A stretch of 62,340 bases of DNA from Nemertoderma westbladi (taxonomy: Eukaryota; Animalia; Xenacoelomorpha), in the NCBI GenBank assembly GCA_032718475.1, contig JAUCBJ010000103.1, forward strand, positions 1 through 62,340. Reading direction: 5' to 3'. Shown here piece after piece: positions 49,130 to 59,540 of the stretch; within the stretch, counting starts at the first letter, position 1, and every line of letters starts with the position of its first letter. Below the pieces are notes generated by a model, which was not told the DNA's origin, made no database searches, and worked only from the letters and a program-made list of their open reading frames with translations. A program made the position numbers and the translations under genes.

Positions 49130-50578
49130 GTGTTCGGAATGGCGAGTAAGCTGATCAGGAAGAGAAAGGCGGAGTCAGGAGGAAAAGAAATATTGGTGGA
49201 TTTCACCGAAAGACACCCGGAGGAGAAGACGAGAGGATACTACGAGAGGTTGGAAAGGGGTCACGCGGCACGAGCGCTGCAGGATCACTTCCGGGAGGCG
49301 CACGAACAGCGGTTGGTCGGAACCTACGGGACGCCGTCGCTGGATAATGCGATCTTCCAACACTTCCACTACGTGGTGAAAGGAGACGAGGCGAAGTTCG
49401 GAATTCCGAAGTATCCGAGGGAGTCGCCGAGGAAGGACTGGAAAAGATTCATAGAGTCCGTCAACAGAGGAGGATATATGATCCTAGATGACGAGGGAAC
49501 CGTGGAAGACGAAGCGGGTTCGAGACGAGGAACGGCAGGGTCGGCCAGGACCATACTCTTGCATTTGGCAGCGCCAAATGGGGACATCTTCCTATTCGAC
49601 CTAGGGACGTATGGGAAGAAGGACGGGCCGAAATTAGACCGACTGCCGAAAGCGGTACAGGTCTTAGTAAGAGAGAAGTCTACGACGAAAGTGGGATCGG
49701 CGATTCGCGAGGACGCGGAGAGGATCATCGGTCCGGACGCCACCAACCTCCTGGATATGCAGAAAGTCTTTATGGCTATGACGGCACCGGATGGATTGGG
49801 GGTGGTCGAGAACTCAGGCCAATGCGGGGCGGTGGCGATGGGCCAATTATTGGGGCTCGTATGCCACAAACCAATGGATTGGGGGAAGTTTAGGGAAGAA
49901 TACGGAGCAGAACTAGCGAACTCGCTGAAGTGGGGAGCGAGACCGGGAAAGCAGGAGGTATATCAGTTTCGCAGAGGAGCGATAAAGGTATATCAGAAGC
50001 GATATATCCTGCAGGAGGACTGGATAATGATAAGTTTGCTTAACTTATTCATGACCGTAGTTATCGAAAGGGAACCAGGGGCATTTCTGTTATCGGGATC
50101 ACCCCTAAGCTACAGGAGAGCCTTTAAGACGGCCTTTGACGGTCTGGTAGACCACCCGGGGCTGAAGGGCGAGTCGGTGTACTACAACAGCCGACATCTG
50201 GTAGATGGGGAGACGGATACACCGTATCAGAGATGGGAGCAGCTAGAGATGGATAGACGGGAAGCAAAGCGACTGGAAGAAGTCGCCAGACGGGAGAGGA
50301 TAGAAGCAGAGGAGAGGGAAGAGGAGGCCAGGACACAGAGTTATGGCTTCGAGGAACAGGCGGGTCTAGACGAGCTTCATTGGACTTCGTCAGGGAGTTC
50401 GGGGGAGTCTCTAGGACGAGAATTGGGATGGACGGTGGGATCGCCGAAACAGTCGACGTCGGGGGTTGCAGACGATGCCCATACCAGCGGGCGCCGAGGG
50501 CGACCAACCGCCAAGGAAGCTAAGGGAGCTAGAGGGATGGAGAGCCACGGGCGAAAGCCAAGGCGGGAAGGGACATAG
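49130..50578 (+). CDS. Retrotransposon accessory ORF with DnaQ-like DEDDy 3'-5' exonuclease signature (EXD2/WRN/Mut-7 type); first ATG 49139
   Basis: ExoI YMILDDEG (D120,E122), then TILLHLAAPNGDIFLFDL, ExoII LPKAVQVLVREKSTTKVGSAIRED (D195), NLLDM, and ExoIII-like YQKRYILQED (Y292, E296/D297). Basic N-terminus KLIRKRK. Recognised by eye. Confidence 0.7.
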   Translation: MFGMASKLIRKRKAESGGKEILVDFTERHPEEKTRGYYERLERGHAARALQDHFREAHEQRLVGTYGTPSLDNAIFQHFHYVVKGDEAKFGIPKYPRESPRKDWKRFIESVNRGGYMILDDEGTVEDEAGSRRGTAGSARTILLHLAAPNGDIFLFDLGTYGKKDGPKLDRLPKAVQVLVREKSTTKVGSAIREDAERIIGPDATNLLDMQKVFMAMTAPDGLGVVENSGQCGAVAMGQLLGLVCHKPMDWGKFREEYGAELANSLKWGARPGKQEVYQFRRGAIKVYQKRYILQEDWIMISLLNLFMTVVIEREPGAFLLSGSPLSYRRAFKTAFDGLVDHPGLKGESVYYNSRHLVDGETDTPYQRWEQLEMDRREAKRLEEVARRERIEAEEREEEARTQSYGFEEQAGLDELHWTSSGSSGESLGRELGWTVGSPKQSTSGVADDAHTSGRRGRPTAKEAKGARGMESHGRKPRREGT

Positions 50579-51674
50579 TGGATCCATCGGGATACCGGGA
50601 TTGGAGACGCTACCGGAAGAAGAGGACGACGACGACGAATTCGGAGAGATACCGCCCATCGAAAGGATAGGCCACTCGGACACGGACTGGGTTGGCGGAA
50701 GGGTGGTGACGGCCAGTGGGGCAAGGGCCTTCTGGAACAGATCCGGCAAGCGGACCTGGGTGCACGAGGGGCCGGCGATGGATTTCGCGGGGAGCACCAT
50801 CAGGTTGGGCGAGCAACCGGGGACGGCACCACGGATAGTATTCGGGGAGACGATGCCCGAGAGGGGCGGAGAGATAGACGTAAACAGGGAGAGCAACGTA
50901 GAGAAGTTCGCCTACCAGCGACTCCATAGACCGCGGAGATCGCTTGGGACGAAGGACGAGGTGGGACGCGAGACATTGGTACTCGGCTGCGACTACTGTG
51001 GGAGACAGACCCATCGGGAAAGCAGCTGCCTATACCGGTTCCAACGGGGAACCTTTTGTCTCTATTGTAGAGAACCAAGTCACAGGATGGGGGCGTGTCC
51101 ACGGTTGCATAACCGATGTCCAAAGTGCCACTTTCGGGGGCACTACGGACGCGAGTGCGACTGGATGAGCGACGAGGAGAAGTTCACGAGGTTCGAGGAG
51201 TGGGCCGACGTCGGGGCCATGACGCGCCAGCGCATGAAGGCCCAAGAGTTCAAGTGGGGTTTCTTCCTCATAAACCAGGAGACCCACATGGAAATCATAA
51301 AGCGAAGGTTACCGTTTACCTATCAAGAGGTAGCTACGGCGGCATCGTTCGCCGGAGTTATGAACACGCAACGGTACCTGGACAGGTGGACACCAGAGAA
51401 CCGGAGGGAGTTTAGGGATTTCTTGGCGGAACACGTACCAAAGGCAATGAAGATGATCCTATGGGACGCCACACGAGGGAAACAACCAGGCCATTCTGAG
51501 GGGCCACCGGCGAAGCGGTATCGGGCTTTAATAACACTAGCGCCCAAGGAGCCGACGACCGGGATCAGCAAGGAAGTGGCAGCAAAGGTCCGGAAACAGA
51601 AAGCGGATGATGCCAGAGGAGCGGTGATAACCAAGAAACGGGCCAGGGAGGAGGACGTGAGGAGGTACAGATAA
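50466..51674 (+). CDS. Retrotransposon accessory ORF with three tandem CCHC zinc knuckles (first ATG 50475; frame open from 50415)
   Basis: CDYCGRQTHRESSC, CLYCREPSHRMGAC and CPKCHFRGHYGREC are all exact CX2CX4HX4C. Acidic patch EEEDDDDE and NLS-like PPAKRYR/KKRAR. Confidence 0.8.
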   Translation: MQTMPIPAGAEGDQPPRKLRELEGWRATGESQGGKGHSGSIGIPGLETLPEEEDDDDEFGEIPPIERIGHSDTDWVGGRVVTASGARAFWNRSGKRTWVHEGPAMDFAGSTIRLGEQPGTAPRIVFGETMPERGGEIDVNRESNVEKFAYQRLHRPRRSLGTKDEVGRETLVLGCDYCGRQTHRESSCLYRFQRGTFCLYCREPSHRMGACPRLHNRCPKCHFRGHYGRECDWMSDEEKFTRFEEWADVGAMTRQRMKAQEFKWGFFLINQETHMEIIKRRLPFTYQEVATAASFAGVMNTQRYLDRWTPENRREFRDFLAEHVPKAMKMILWDATRGKQPGHSEGPPAKRYRALITLAPKEPTTGISKEVAAKVRKQKADDARGAVITKKRAREEDVRRYR

Positions 51675-52374
51675 GTTCCCGGAGGAGAGGGAATGGGACT
51701 GAGACTGGGACGTGGTGCGCCTGGAAGGCGCCGCATGTAACGTACGAACTATTAAGTATAAATTTAATTAATGCAAATAACTATATAAGTGCAATTCGTA
51801 TGTACGTACGTAGTGATTAGCAGTAAAATACATACGTTTGGAGTAAGTACTATAGTCATACAACCTTTCTCAATTAGCTACTGGGACTGGGGGACAATGA
51901 CTATGGCACTATGGACGAGACAACTGACAATTTCACACTTCTTGAGTGCGGCGGCACGAGAGGGGGGGGGAGGTTCGTCAGGAGAGATAAAAACAGTCAA
52001 AGTGGACTTGAGAATCGGAATAAGAGTGTGAAGTGCGGAGAGAGTGCGAACGCAATTCTAGTGTGGGGGGGGGAATGAGAGGCTGAGTAAGGGACGAGGA
52101 GGTCCGGGGGTATGAGAGAGAGTTAGGGTGAGAGTAGAGGGGAGGTAGGGCGAAAGTGTTGGGGAAACAAAAATCGCGTGAAGAGGTGAGCGCGATCGGC
52201 CCGACATGAAACGCCAGGCACACAGGGTAGCGATATCATACCCATAGGGGGCGGCCTGGAAAGCCGGCTCCGAGAGAAAAGAATTCCACCCCACACCCGA
52301 TGCTAGATCGGGATCCAGCGGGATTGTAGCGCACTTTTTTGGTTGATGCTATCTTCTTACCGGGAAGATAGCAT

Positions 52375-52383
52375 GGAGGGGAG
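52375..52383 (+). other. Polypurine tract (plus-strand primer)
   Basis: GGAGGGGAG immediately 5' of the 3' LTR TG. Confidence 0.8.
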
Positions 52384-52921
52384 TGTTAGCTTATTCAATC
52401 CCGCCAACACCCCATAAAGTTATTAGCCGATAAGCAATATTGGGAGCCGCGAGATTGGGTAATTAACCAACTCGCGCCATCCCAATAAGAATGGGAAGGA
52501 AGCACACAATAGAGGGTCAGGGGCCAAACCCCTAACCCAAGGAGAACAGGTGGAGTGAACGGGAATACTCCACGGGGCGCCAACAAGGGTATTAACCAAT
52601 CAGAGGGGGGAATGGCATCGATTGAGTAGCAGTAAGGCCACCGTGCAATATAACCAATAACCTATTAATCAGTGATTCAGTTATACCAGTGCAGCAGTGC
52701 TAGCGTAGGGTACAGCCAATTAGTTTAGTTAGGGGATCACGGGACTTTAGTTACCGTATCCCGCCTTGTACACATTCACAACATATCTATATCTTATAAC
52801 CTCCTATTATACACCGAACTTCAGAACTCAGTCACTTTATTTCATCCTTATACACGGCGGGGACGCGTGGACTAAATTACCACAACCGGATAAATCGGGA
52901 TCCCTCTTGGATCCCGTCACA
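52384..52921 (+). repeat. 3' LTR
   Basis: Direct repeat of 38493-39030, followed by TSD CCCTT. Confidence 0.97.
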
Positions 52922-52926
52922 CCCTT

Positions 52927-54171
52927 CTACGCGAGATAAACCCCGATTCCGAGGTGGTGTTAGGGACTGGAGCGAGTGACGTCATACACATGTGCTGCAT
53001 CGCACTCATCCAGGAAGGCGACAACATCGTGCTTATATCGCCCTATTTCGAACTCTACAACAGGATTATTATCAGTAAAGGTGGGAGGCCGTTGTATTCG
53101 CCGCTGCAGGACGCAAACGAGACCGCTACGGTACGACGGACCTCGGGAGATATGCGGGTAAATTGGTCCGATCTGGAGGAGAAGTTGTCCCTTCCGCAGA
53201 CCTCGCTGCTCATACTCAACACTCCGCACAACCCCACCGGGAAGGTGTTCACCCGCGAGGAGTTACGCCGACTAGCAGCGTTGTGCACGACCCACAACGT
53301 CGTCTGCATCTGCGACGAGGTCTACGAGTTTGACACGTTCGGGATGGCGGAGCACGTGAAGTTGGCGAGTTTCCCGGGGATGTGGGAGCGGTGTGTTACG
53401 GTGGGCAGCGCGGGGAAGGCATTCAACGCGACCGGACTCAAACTCGGATGGGGGCTGGGCGATGCGCGTTTATTAGCGAGGGTTTCCGCGGTGGTGCGAG
53501 CCATAGAGGGAGGTGGACCGTCCACGGTGACGCAGAGAGTGGTAGAGAAACTCGTTCGGAGGGAGCTGGAAGGGGCGGGATTGCTGACTAGGTTGAATCA
53601 AAGAAACTGTAGTAAATGCGACGCACTGTGCGCCATCCTGAGGGAGTCAGAGATACCGCACTACGAGCCACAGGGTGGCTGGTTCATCATCATCGATATA
53701 TCGCGAGTGGGAGATCCACCCGGGACTGGTGGGACACAGTCCGGTGATGGTGAGAGTGGGACACAGCCCGGGACTGGTGTGACACAGTCCGGCGGTGGTG
53801 GGACACAGTCCGGAACTGGTGTGACACAGTCCGGGGGTGGTGGGACACAGTCCGGAACTGGTGGGACACAGACCGGGGGTGGTGGGACACATTCCGGGAC
53901 TGGTGGGACACAGACTGGGAGTGGTGGGACACAGTCAGGGGATGGTGGGACAGAATTAGAGTCTCACCATGGAGACGTACACGTTGCTATGGCGATAGCT
54001 AAACATTTGGGACTGGTGCTGCTTCCCGGGTCGATGTTCTTCAACAGCCAATACTGCAGCTCCCGTCGCTGGTTGCGAACCACGTTTATTAAGAACTTAG
54101 AAACCCTTGAACGTTCCAGGGAACTGTTTCTAGCTCGAGGACGGTGGAACGTTCCAGGGAACTGTTCCTAG
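52927..54171 (+). pseudogene. Kynurenine aminotransferase-like (PLP-dependent class I/II) gene, 3' part
   Basis: NTPHNPTGKVF, DEVYE, PLP-lysine motif TVGSAGKAFNATGLKLGW, PQGGWF and WLRTTFIK. Intronless; about 503 aa when rejoined to 38226-38492. Confidence 0.88.
53720..53952 (+). repeat. In-frame 21-bp coding minisatellite (GTGGTQS/GGGGTQS) inside the aminotransferase
   Basis: About 11 units of GG(G/A)ACTGGTGGGACACAGTCC, giving a Gly/Thr/Gln/Ser insert of about 77 aa. Confidence 0.9.
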
Positions 54172-56323
54172 CTCTAGGACAGTGGAACGTTCCGGAGAAC
54201 TGTTCCAGCTCTAGGACAGTAGAACGTTCCAGGGAACTGTTTCTAGCTCTAGGACGGTGGAACCTGGAACGTTCCAGGGATCTGTTCGTAGCTCTAGGAC
54301 AATGGAACGATCCGGGGAACTGTTCCAGCTCTAGAACAGTGGAACGTTCCAGGGAACTGTTCCTAGCTCTAGGACAGAGGAACGTTCCAGGGAACTGTTC
54401 CTAGCTCTAGGACAGTGGAACGTTCCTGGGAACTGTTCCTAGCTGTAGGATAGTGGAACGTTCCAGGGAACTAACTGTTCCTAGCTCTAGGACAGTGGAA
54501 CGTTCCTGGGAACTGTTTCTAGCTCTAGGACGGTGGAACCTGGAACGTTCCAGGGATCTGTTCGTAGCTCTAGGACAATGGAACGATCCGGGGAACTGTT
54601 CCAGCTCTAGAACAGTGGAACGTTCCAGGGAACTGTTCCTAGCTCTAGGACAGTGGAACGTTCCTGGGAACTGTTCCTAGCTGTAGGACAGTGGAACGTT
54701 CCAGGGAACTAACTGTTCCTAGCTCTAGGCCAGTGGAAACGTTCCAGGGAATTGTTCCTAGCTCTAGGATAGTAGTGGAATGTCCCAGGGAACTGTTTCT
54801 AGCTCTAGGACAGAGGAACGTTGCAGGGAACTGTTCCTAGCTCTAGGACATTGGAACGTTCCAGGGGGCTCTAGGACATTGGAACGTTCCAGGGAACTGT
54901 TCCTAGCTCTAGGATAGTAGTGGAATGTCCCAGGGAACTGTTTCTAGCTCTAGGACAGTGGAACGTTCCAGGGAACTGTTCCTAGCTCTAGGGCAGTGGA
55001 ACGTTCCAGGGAACTGTTTCTAGCTCTAGGACAGAGGAACGTTGCAGGGAACTGTTCCTAGCTCTAGGACAGTGGAACGTTCCAGGGAACTGTTCCTAGC
55101 TCTAGGGCAGTGGAACGTTCCAGGGAACTGTTTCTAGCTCTAGGACAGAGGAACGTTGCAGGGAACTGTTCCTAGCTCTAGGACAGTGGAACGTTCCAGG
55201 GAACTGTTCCTAGCTCTAGGGCAGTGGAACGTTCCAGGGAACTGTTTCTAGCTCTAGGACAGAGGAACGTTGCAGGGAACTGTTCCTAGCTCTAGGACAT
55301 TGGAACGTTCCAGGGGGCTCTAGGACATTGGAACGTTCCAGGGAACTGTTCCTAGCCCTAGGACGGTGGAACGTTCCAGGGAACTGTTCCTAGCCCTAGG
55401 ACGGTGGAACGTTCCGGGGAACTGTTCCTAGCCCTAGGACGGTGGAACGTTCCAGGGAACTGTTCCTAGCTCTAGGACATTGGAACGTTCCAGGGAGCTC
55501 TAGGACATTGGAACGTTCCAGGGAACTGTTCCTAGCCCTAGGACGGTGGAACGTTCCAGGGAACTGTTCCTAGCTCTAGGGCAGTGGAACGTTCCGGAGA
55601 ACTGTTCCAGCTCTAGGACATTGGAACGTTCCAGGGAACTGTTCCTAGCCCTAGGACGGTGGAACGTTCCAGGGAACTGTTCCTAGCCCTAGGACGGTGG
55701 AACGTTCCAGGGAACTGTTCCTAGCCCTAGGACGGTGGAACGTTCCAGGGAACTGTTCCTAGCCCTAGGACGGTGGAACGTTCCAGGGAACTGTTCCTAG
55801 CCCTAGGACGGTGGAACGTTCCAGGGAACTGTTCCTAGCCCTAGGACGGTGGAACGTTCCAGGGAACTGTTCCTAGCTCTAGGACGGTGGAACGTTCCAG
55901 GGAACTGTTCCTAGCCCTAGGACGGTGGAACGTTCCAGGGAACTGTTCCTAGCTCTAGGACGGTGGAACGTTCCAGGGAACTGTTCCTAGCCCTAGGACG
56001 GTGGAACGTTCCAGGGAACTGTTCCTAGCTCTAGGACGGTGGAACGTTCCAGGGAACTGTTCCTAGCTCTAGGACATTGGAACGTTCCAGGGAACTGTTC
56101 CTAGCTCTAGGACGGTGGAACGTTCCAGGGAACTGTTCCTAGCTCTAGGACGGTGGAACGTTCCAGGGAACTGTTCCTAGCTCTAGGACGGTGGAACGTT
56201 CCAGGGAACTGTTCCTAGCTCTAGGACGGTGGAACGTTCCAGGGAACTGTTCCTAGCCCTAGGACGGTGGAACGTTCCAGGGAACTGTTCCTAGCTCTAG
56301 GAAAGTATAACGTTCCAGGGAAC
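54108..56323. repeat. 38-bp palindrome-rich minisatellite (about 58 copies) grown from the aminotransferase 3' coding end
   Basis: Unit GGAACGTTCCAGGGAACTGTTCCTAGCTCTAGGACAGT. The first unit encodes ERSRELFLA of the ORF and the array supplies the stop codon. Confidence 0.95.
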
Positions 56324-57548
56324 GATTCAACCCTAAACCTAACTGTAAACCTGGTTTTCACTAGTTCTTGCCGTTGTCCCGGGTACTCTCCGTTCGCCAT
56401 ATAAATAAACAAGTATGCAAGTGCTGGAAAGCTTGTCCTTGTACCGGTAACTGCTGCACTGTACTACAGTACTAATGTAGCAGTAGTACCTGTGTAATAA
56501 CTGTACTGTCATTTACACAAAGATAGTATTGGGTATCTGAATGTTGATATCAATGGGATCCTGAGGCGTACAGTGACGTCACGACCAATCACAGATCGTT
56601 TTCAAATTTTTAATAATTTTTAAACTGAAAACACCAATATCTCAGCTATTTTAGCATCTTATTGAATTCTGTAAACGCCATTGTGTTTCTGTGATATTAT
56701 TGCATCTAATTAATCTGGTTTTGAATTTGAGTCGTGAACCCCATTTAACATTGGGACGGGATATTAATTCGGCGAAGTCCACCCCCCCCCCCCCCCCCCC
56801 GGACTCTAATGTGTATTTTTTTAATGGTTAATGGTTGAGGAGACACTGTTCCATAATATGGAATCATTAATAAAGCCCGATTTTTATAAGCAGTATAATA
56901 TTTTGAATAAAAACTTACATAGGCCTACCAAAGTCGAACTTGTAATGCCATCCCATCATTAATGGTGACAGTTTGCATTGAGATGGTTTGTCCAGACATT
57001 GAGACAGTTTGTTTGTAGTTCATGGCAGTTTGGGGCGAAATGGACGAGTTTAAGTAAATTAACAGTTTATAATGTTAGCAGTATGTCAAATGAAAAATTA
57101 TAACTTTACCTCAGCTGATGATGACGCGTTAAGATTTTTTGGAGGAGTTTGGCAACAAGTCGTGTCCTCCTGCGTAACAAATCACAGATGATAATTCATA
57201 TTGAAGTCTTTCAGCATTCCGAAGTATTACGTTACAGTTTGTCTAGGTTTATATTTCTATCACTGTATTTATTTTACGAGTAACTTTTCAATTATACAGA
57301 TGGCAACTCGTGGCAATTGGCAGTAGTGTTAAGTTAAATCTAATTCCAAAATTAGGAAACCAACGTCTTACAGCCATGTTCACGGACACTTATACTCCCC
57401 AGTTTATGGTTAATTCACTATTAGCCACCCAGTCAATATTTGTAGAGATGATAATCCTGGTGATTAATTTTCGCACGACCAGATTAGATAAGCATTAACA
57501 TCAAATCAACGCTAAAAATTAATTTTATAATTCTAATAAATTACTTAC

Positions 57549-57820
57549 AGGCTCTTTCCCGTCCATTGCTTGTATCCACTCCCTCCTGTCCCCATCACTC
57601 AGTGCTTGCAGCGTTATTGTCCCTTGCCGTCCATTAACGGTGATATCGAAACAGAATCTCTTATCAGTGCTGTCTGAAGCTCTTCTAATACACGAGTTTA
57701 TTGGCACTGTCTCTGTACTCACTATTTTACCAGCCGTCTGGCTGTATTGTTGCATCGATAAAAGTTTCTGATCTTTCTGATATATACAGTAATTTTTAAC
57801 CCAAGTTGATCCAATAGGCC
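57549..57820 (-). CDS. Graf: GRAF-family RhoGAP gene exon (PH domain)
   Basis: Reads PIGSTWVKNYCIYQK...CIRRASDSTDKRFCFDI...LQALSDGDRREWIQAMDGKEP. Acceptor TGCTTTTCAG, donor GTAAGT. Confidence 0.93.
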
Positions 57821-58129
57821 CTGAAAAGCAAATCATGGTATATTATAGTACATACAATAATTATGAGATATTTAAATATTCTAATATATGTACCAGAATG
57901 TGACGCAGAGTGCACAACATTCATATTGAGGCGCCGCATTTCCAAAACTCAAAACCTACAACTCCGCCGTATAAAGCTTCGGGCCATTTACAGCTATCCC
58001 AATGAGAATCAGTCTGTACGTACATCGTAGAACTTGTATATAGTGTATGTCTGACTAGGTGGATTGGGGGGTGGGGGGGGGGGGGGGTTGTTTATGCCTG
58101 TGGCAATGCCCCATAGTGCATTGAACTGT

Positions 58130-58487
58130 GGTTACGATTATTTAGAGCAGCAGTAGTTCCAGTACTCCTCTACGGGAGTCCATGCTGGGCTCTAACTGCT
58201 GAGGACACCAAATCTCTGGATGGCACATTCACAAGAATGCTACGCCGGGTTCATTGTGTCAAGTACAATGCACACATCTCCAACCAGACACTATATAACA
58301 TTGGAGGTGTCTCATTGGTTCCCCCAAGCTTGACACTAGAACAAAATCGACTCCGCTTTGCAGGACATTGCTTTCGCCGTGAGGACCAGCCAGTGCATAA
58401 TCTTGTACTTTGGCAGCCTCATGGAGTGAATACGCATGGTGGGCAGCCCATGACTTTCTTAAGACGCATCTTAAAGGGCACTGGCCA
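58130..58487 (+). mobile_element. Second fragment of the RTE-clade LINE
   Basis: Near-identical to about 21180-21532 (MLRRVHCVKYNAHISNQTLY...RLRFAGHCFR). Confidence 0.85.
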
Positions 58488-59004
58488 TATCACGACATGA
58501 ACAATAAAGGGGAGGCATTATATAGATTACCAGTAATAATAACTTATGATGAATGACTTGACATCTTGAATGACCATAATAATAATTTGACTTTAGATTT
58601 TGACTATAAAAACAATTTTTTTTATTGACCCGAGGGGATGCATGTGTTTTTATGAAAGAGCGACCTTTACTAAAGTGATAAAGAAACAGCTGCATGGAAC
58701 AGGAAATTAAGAAAAAATGAAATATAATTCGATAAATTCAACCTTTCAGTAGGAATACAATCGATAAATCACAACTAGAGGCATTCCGAATTCACCACCT
58801 TCATCCATATTCTAATAATATGAAATATCCTAAATTGAAGACACCCCAGCAAGCTAAGATTTGGATCTTCTGCAGAATACACCACCACCCCCGCCCCATC
58901 ATATTGTGAGGTTAATGAAGTATCATATTGACATCAGTTTATACAAATTAATGTATGGTTTATTGAATAAATTAACATGGATTATTTCGATTTAAAAAAC
59001 TAAC

Positions 59005-59239
59005 TCTTTTCATAAATGTAAAGGTAACCCTCGTGCACTGGTTTCGGCTTCAATGTGGTCCCCTCTCTAGCTAATATCTTTGCCATTAACTGCATGGCTT
59101 CTTCTTTGGTGACGTCATAACGTTCGCGGGTTGTTTGAACCTTACTAATTAGTTCGTCGAGGTACGGTTTCTCTTCATGTACAACCTCGAAGGCGTGATG
59201 GTAAATAGTTTGCCAACTGAGCATAATGCCGCTGAGGAT
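59005..59239 (-). CDS. Graf: GRAF-family RhoGAP gene exon (end of BAR domain, start of PH)
   Basis: Reads ILSGIMLSWQTIYHHAFEVV...VQTTRERYDVTKEEAMQLMAK...HEGYLYIYEK. Acceptor ATCTCACAG, donor A|GTTAGT, phase 1 joins the next exon as Arg. Confidence 0.9.
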
Positions 59240-59469
59240 CTGTGAGATAATGATTAATTTATAAATTACAAACACTTTTCAATTAAGAAAGAATATTGAT
59301 ATACATCAACAATTGTAGGGTTACTGAAATATCCCAATGAGCGAAAATATTTCGCATAATAAATAAACTTACTTGATTGACTTTAAGTTGAATAATAAAA
59401 TGTTATTAATGTAATAATGGGTTTTGTATACATTTTAACCCCTTTTATTTATAATAAAAGTAAAAGGCA

Positions 59470-59540
59470 CTTGCTAGAGGTAATTAATATTCCTGGGCTT
59501 CCAACCAAGGGGCCCTAGTTCGATCCCTGGATGGGGCAGC
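59470..59540 (+). pseudogene. Degenerate tRNA-Gly(TCC)-like sequence or SINE head
   Basis: Anticodon-arm-like CCTGGG-CTTCCAA-CCAAGG and T-arm GTTCGATCCC; D-arm and acceptor stem are poor. Confidence 0.45.

Larger units (their letters stand above)
38493..52921 (+). mobile_element. Full-length Bel/Pao LTR retrotransposon (14,429 bp) with extra 3' ORFs
   Basis: TG...CA LTRs of 538 bp, 5-bp TSD CCCTT (38488-38492, 52922-52926), polypurine tract GGAGGGGAG, and Gag-PR-RT-RH-IN order with Bel/Pao motifs. Confidence 0.97.

Noticed and set aside
50980-51165. Nanos-type zinc finger or a second gag
   Set aside because: The spacing is exact CX2CX4HX4C three times, not the Nanos spacing, and there is no capsid-like region or second pol/LTR set.
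49130-51674. env gene in the usual post-pol position
   Set aside because: No signal peptide, clear transmembrane anchor or glycoprotein cysteine pattern; the motifs point to an exonuclease and zinc knuckles.
59470-59540. Functional tRNA-Gly
   Set aside because: The D-arm and acceptor stem do not pair properly; kept only as a pseudo-tRNA or SINE head.
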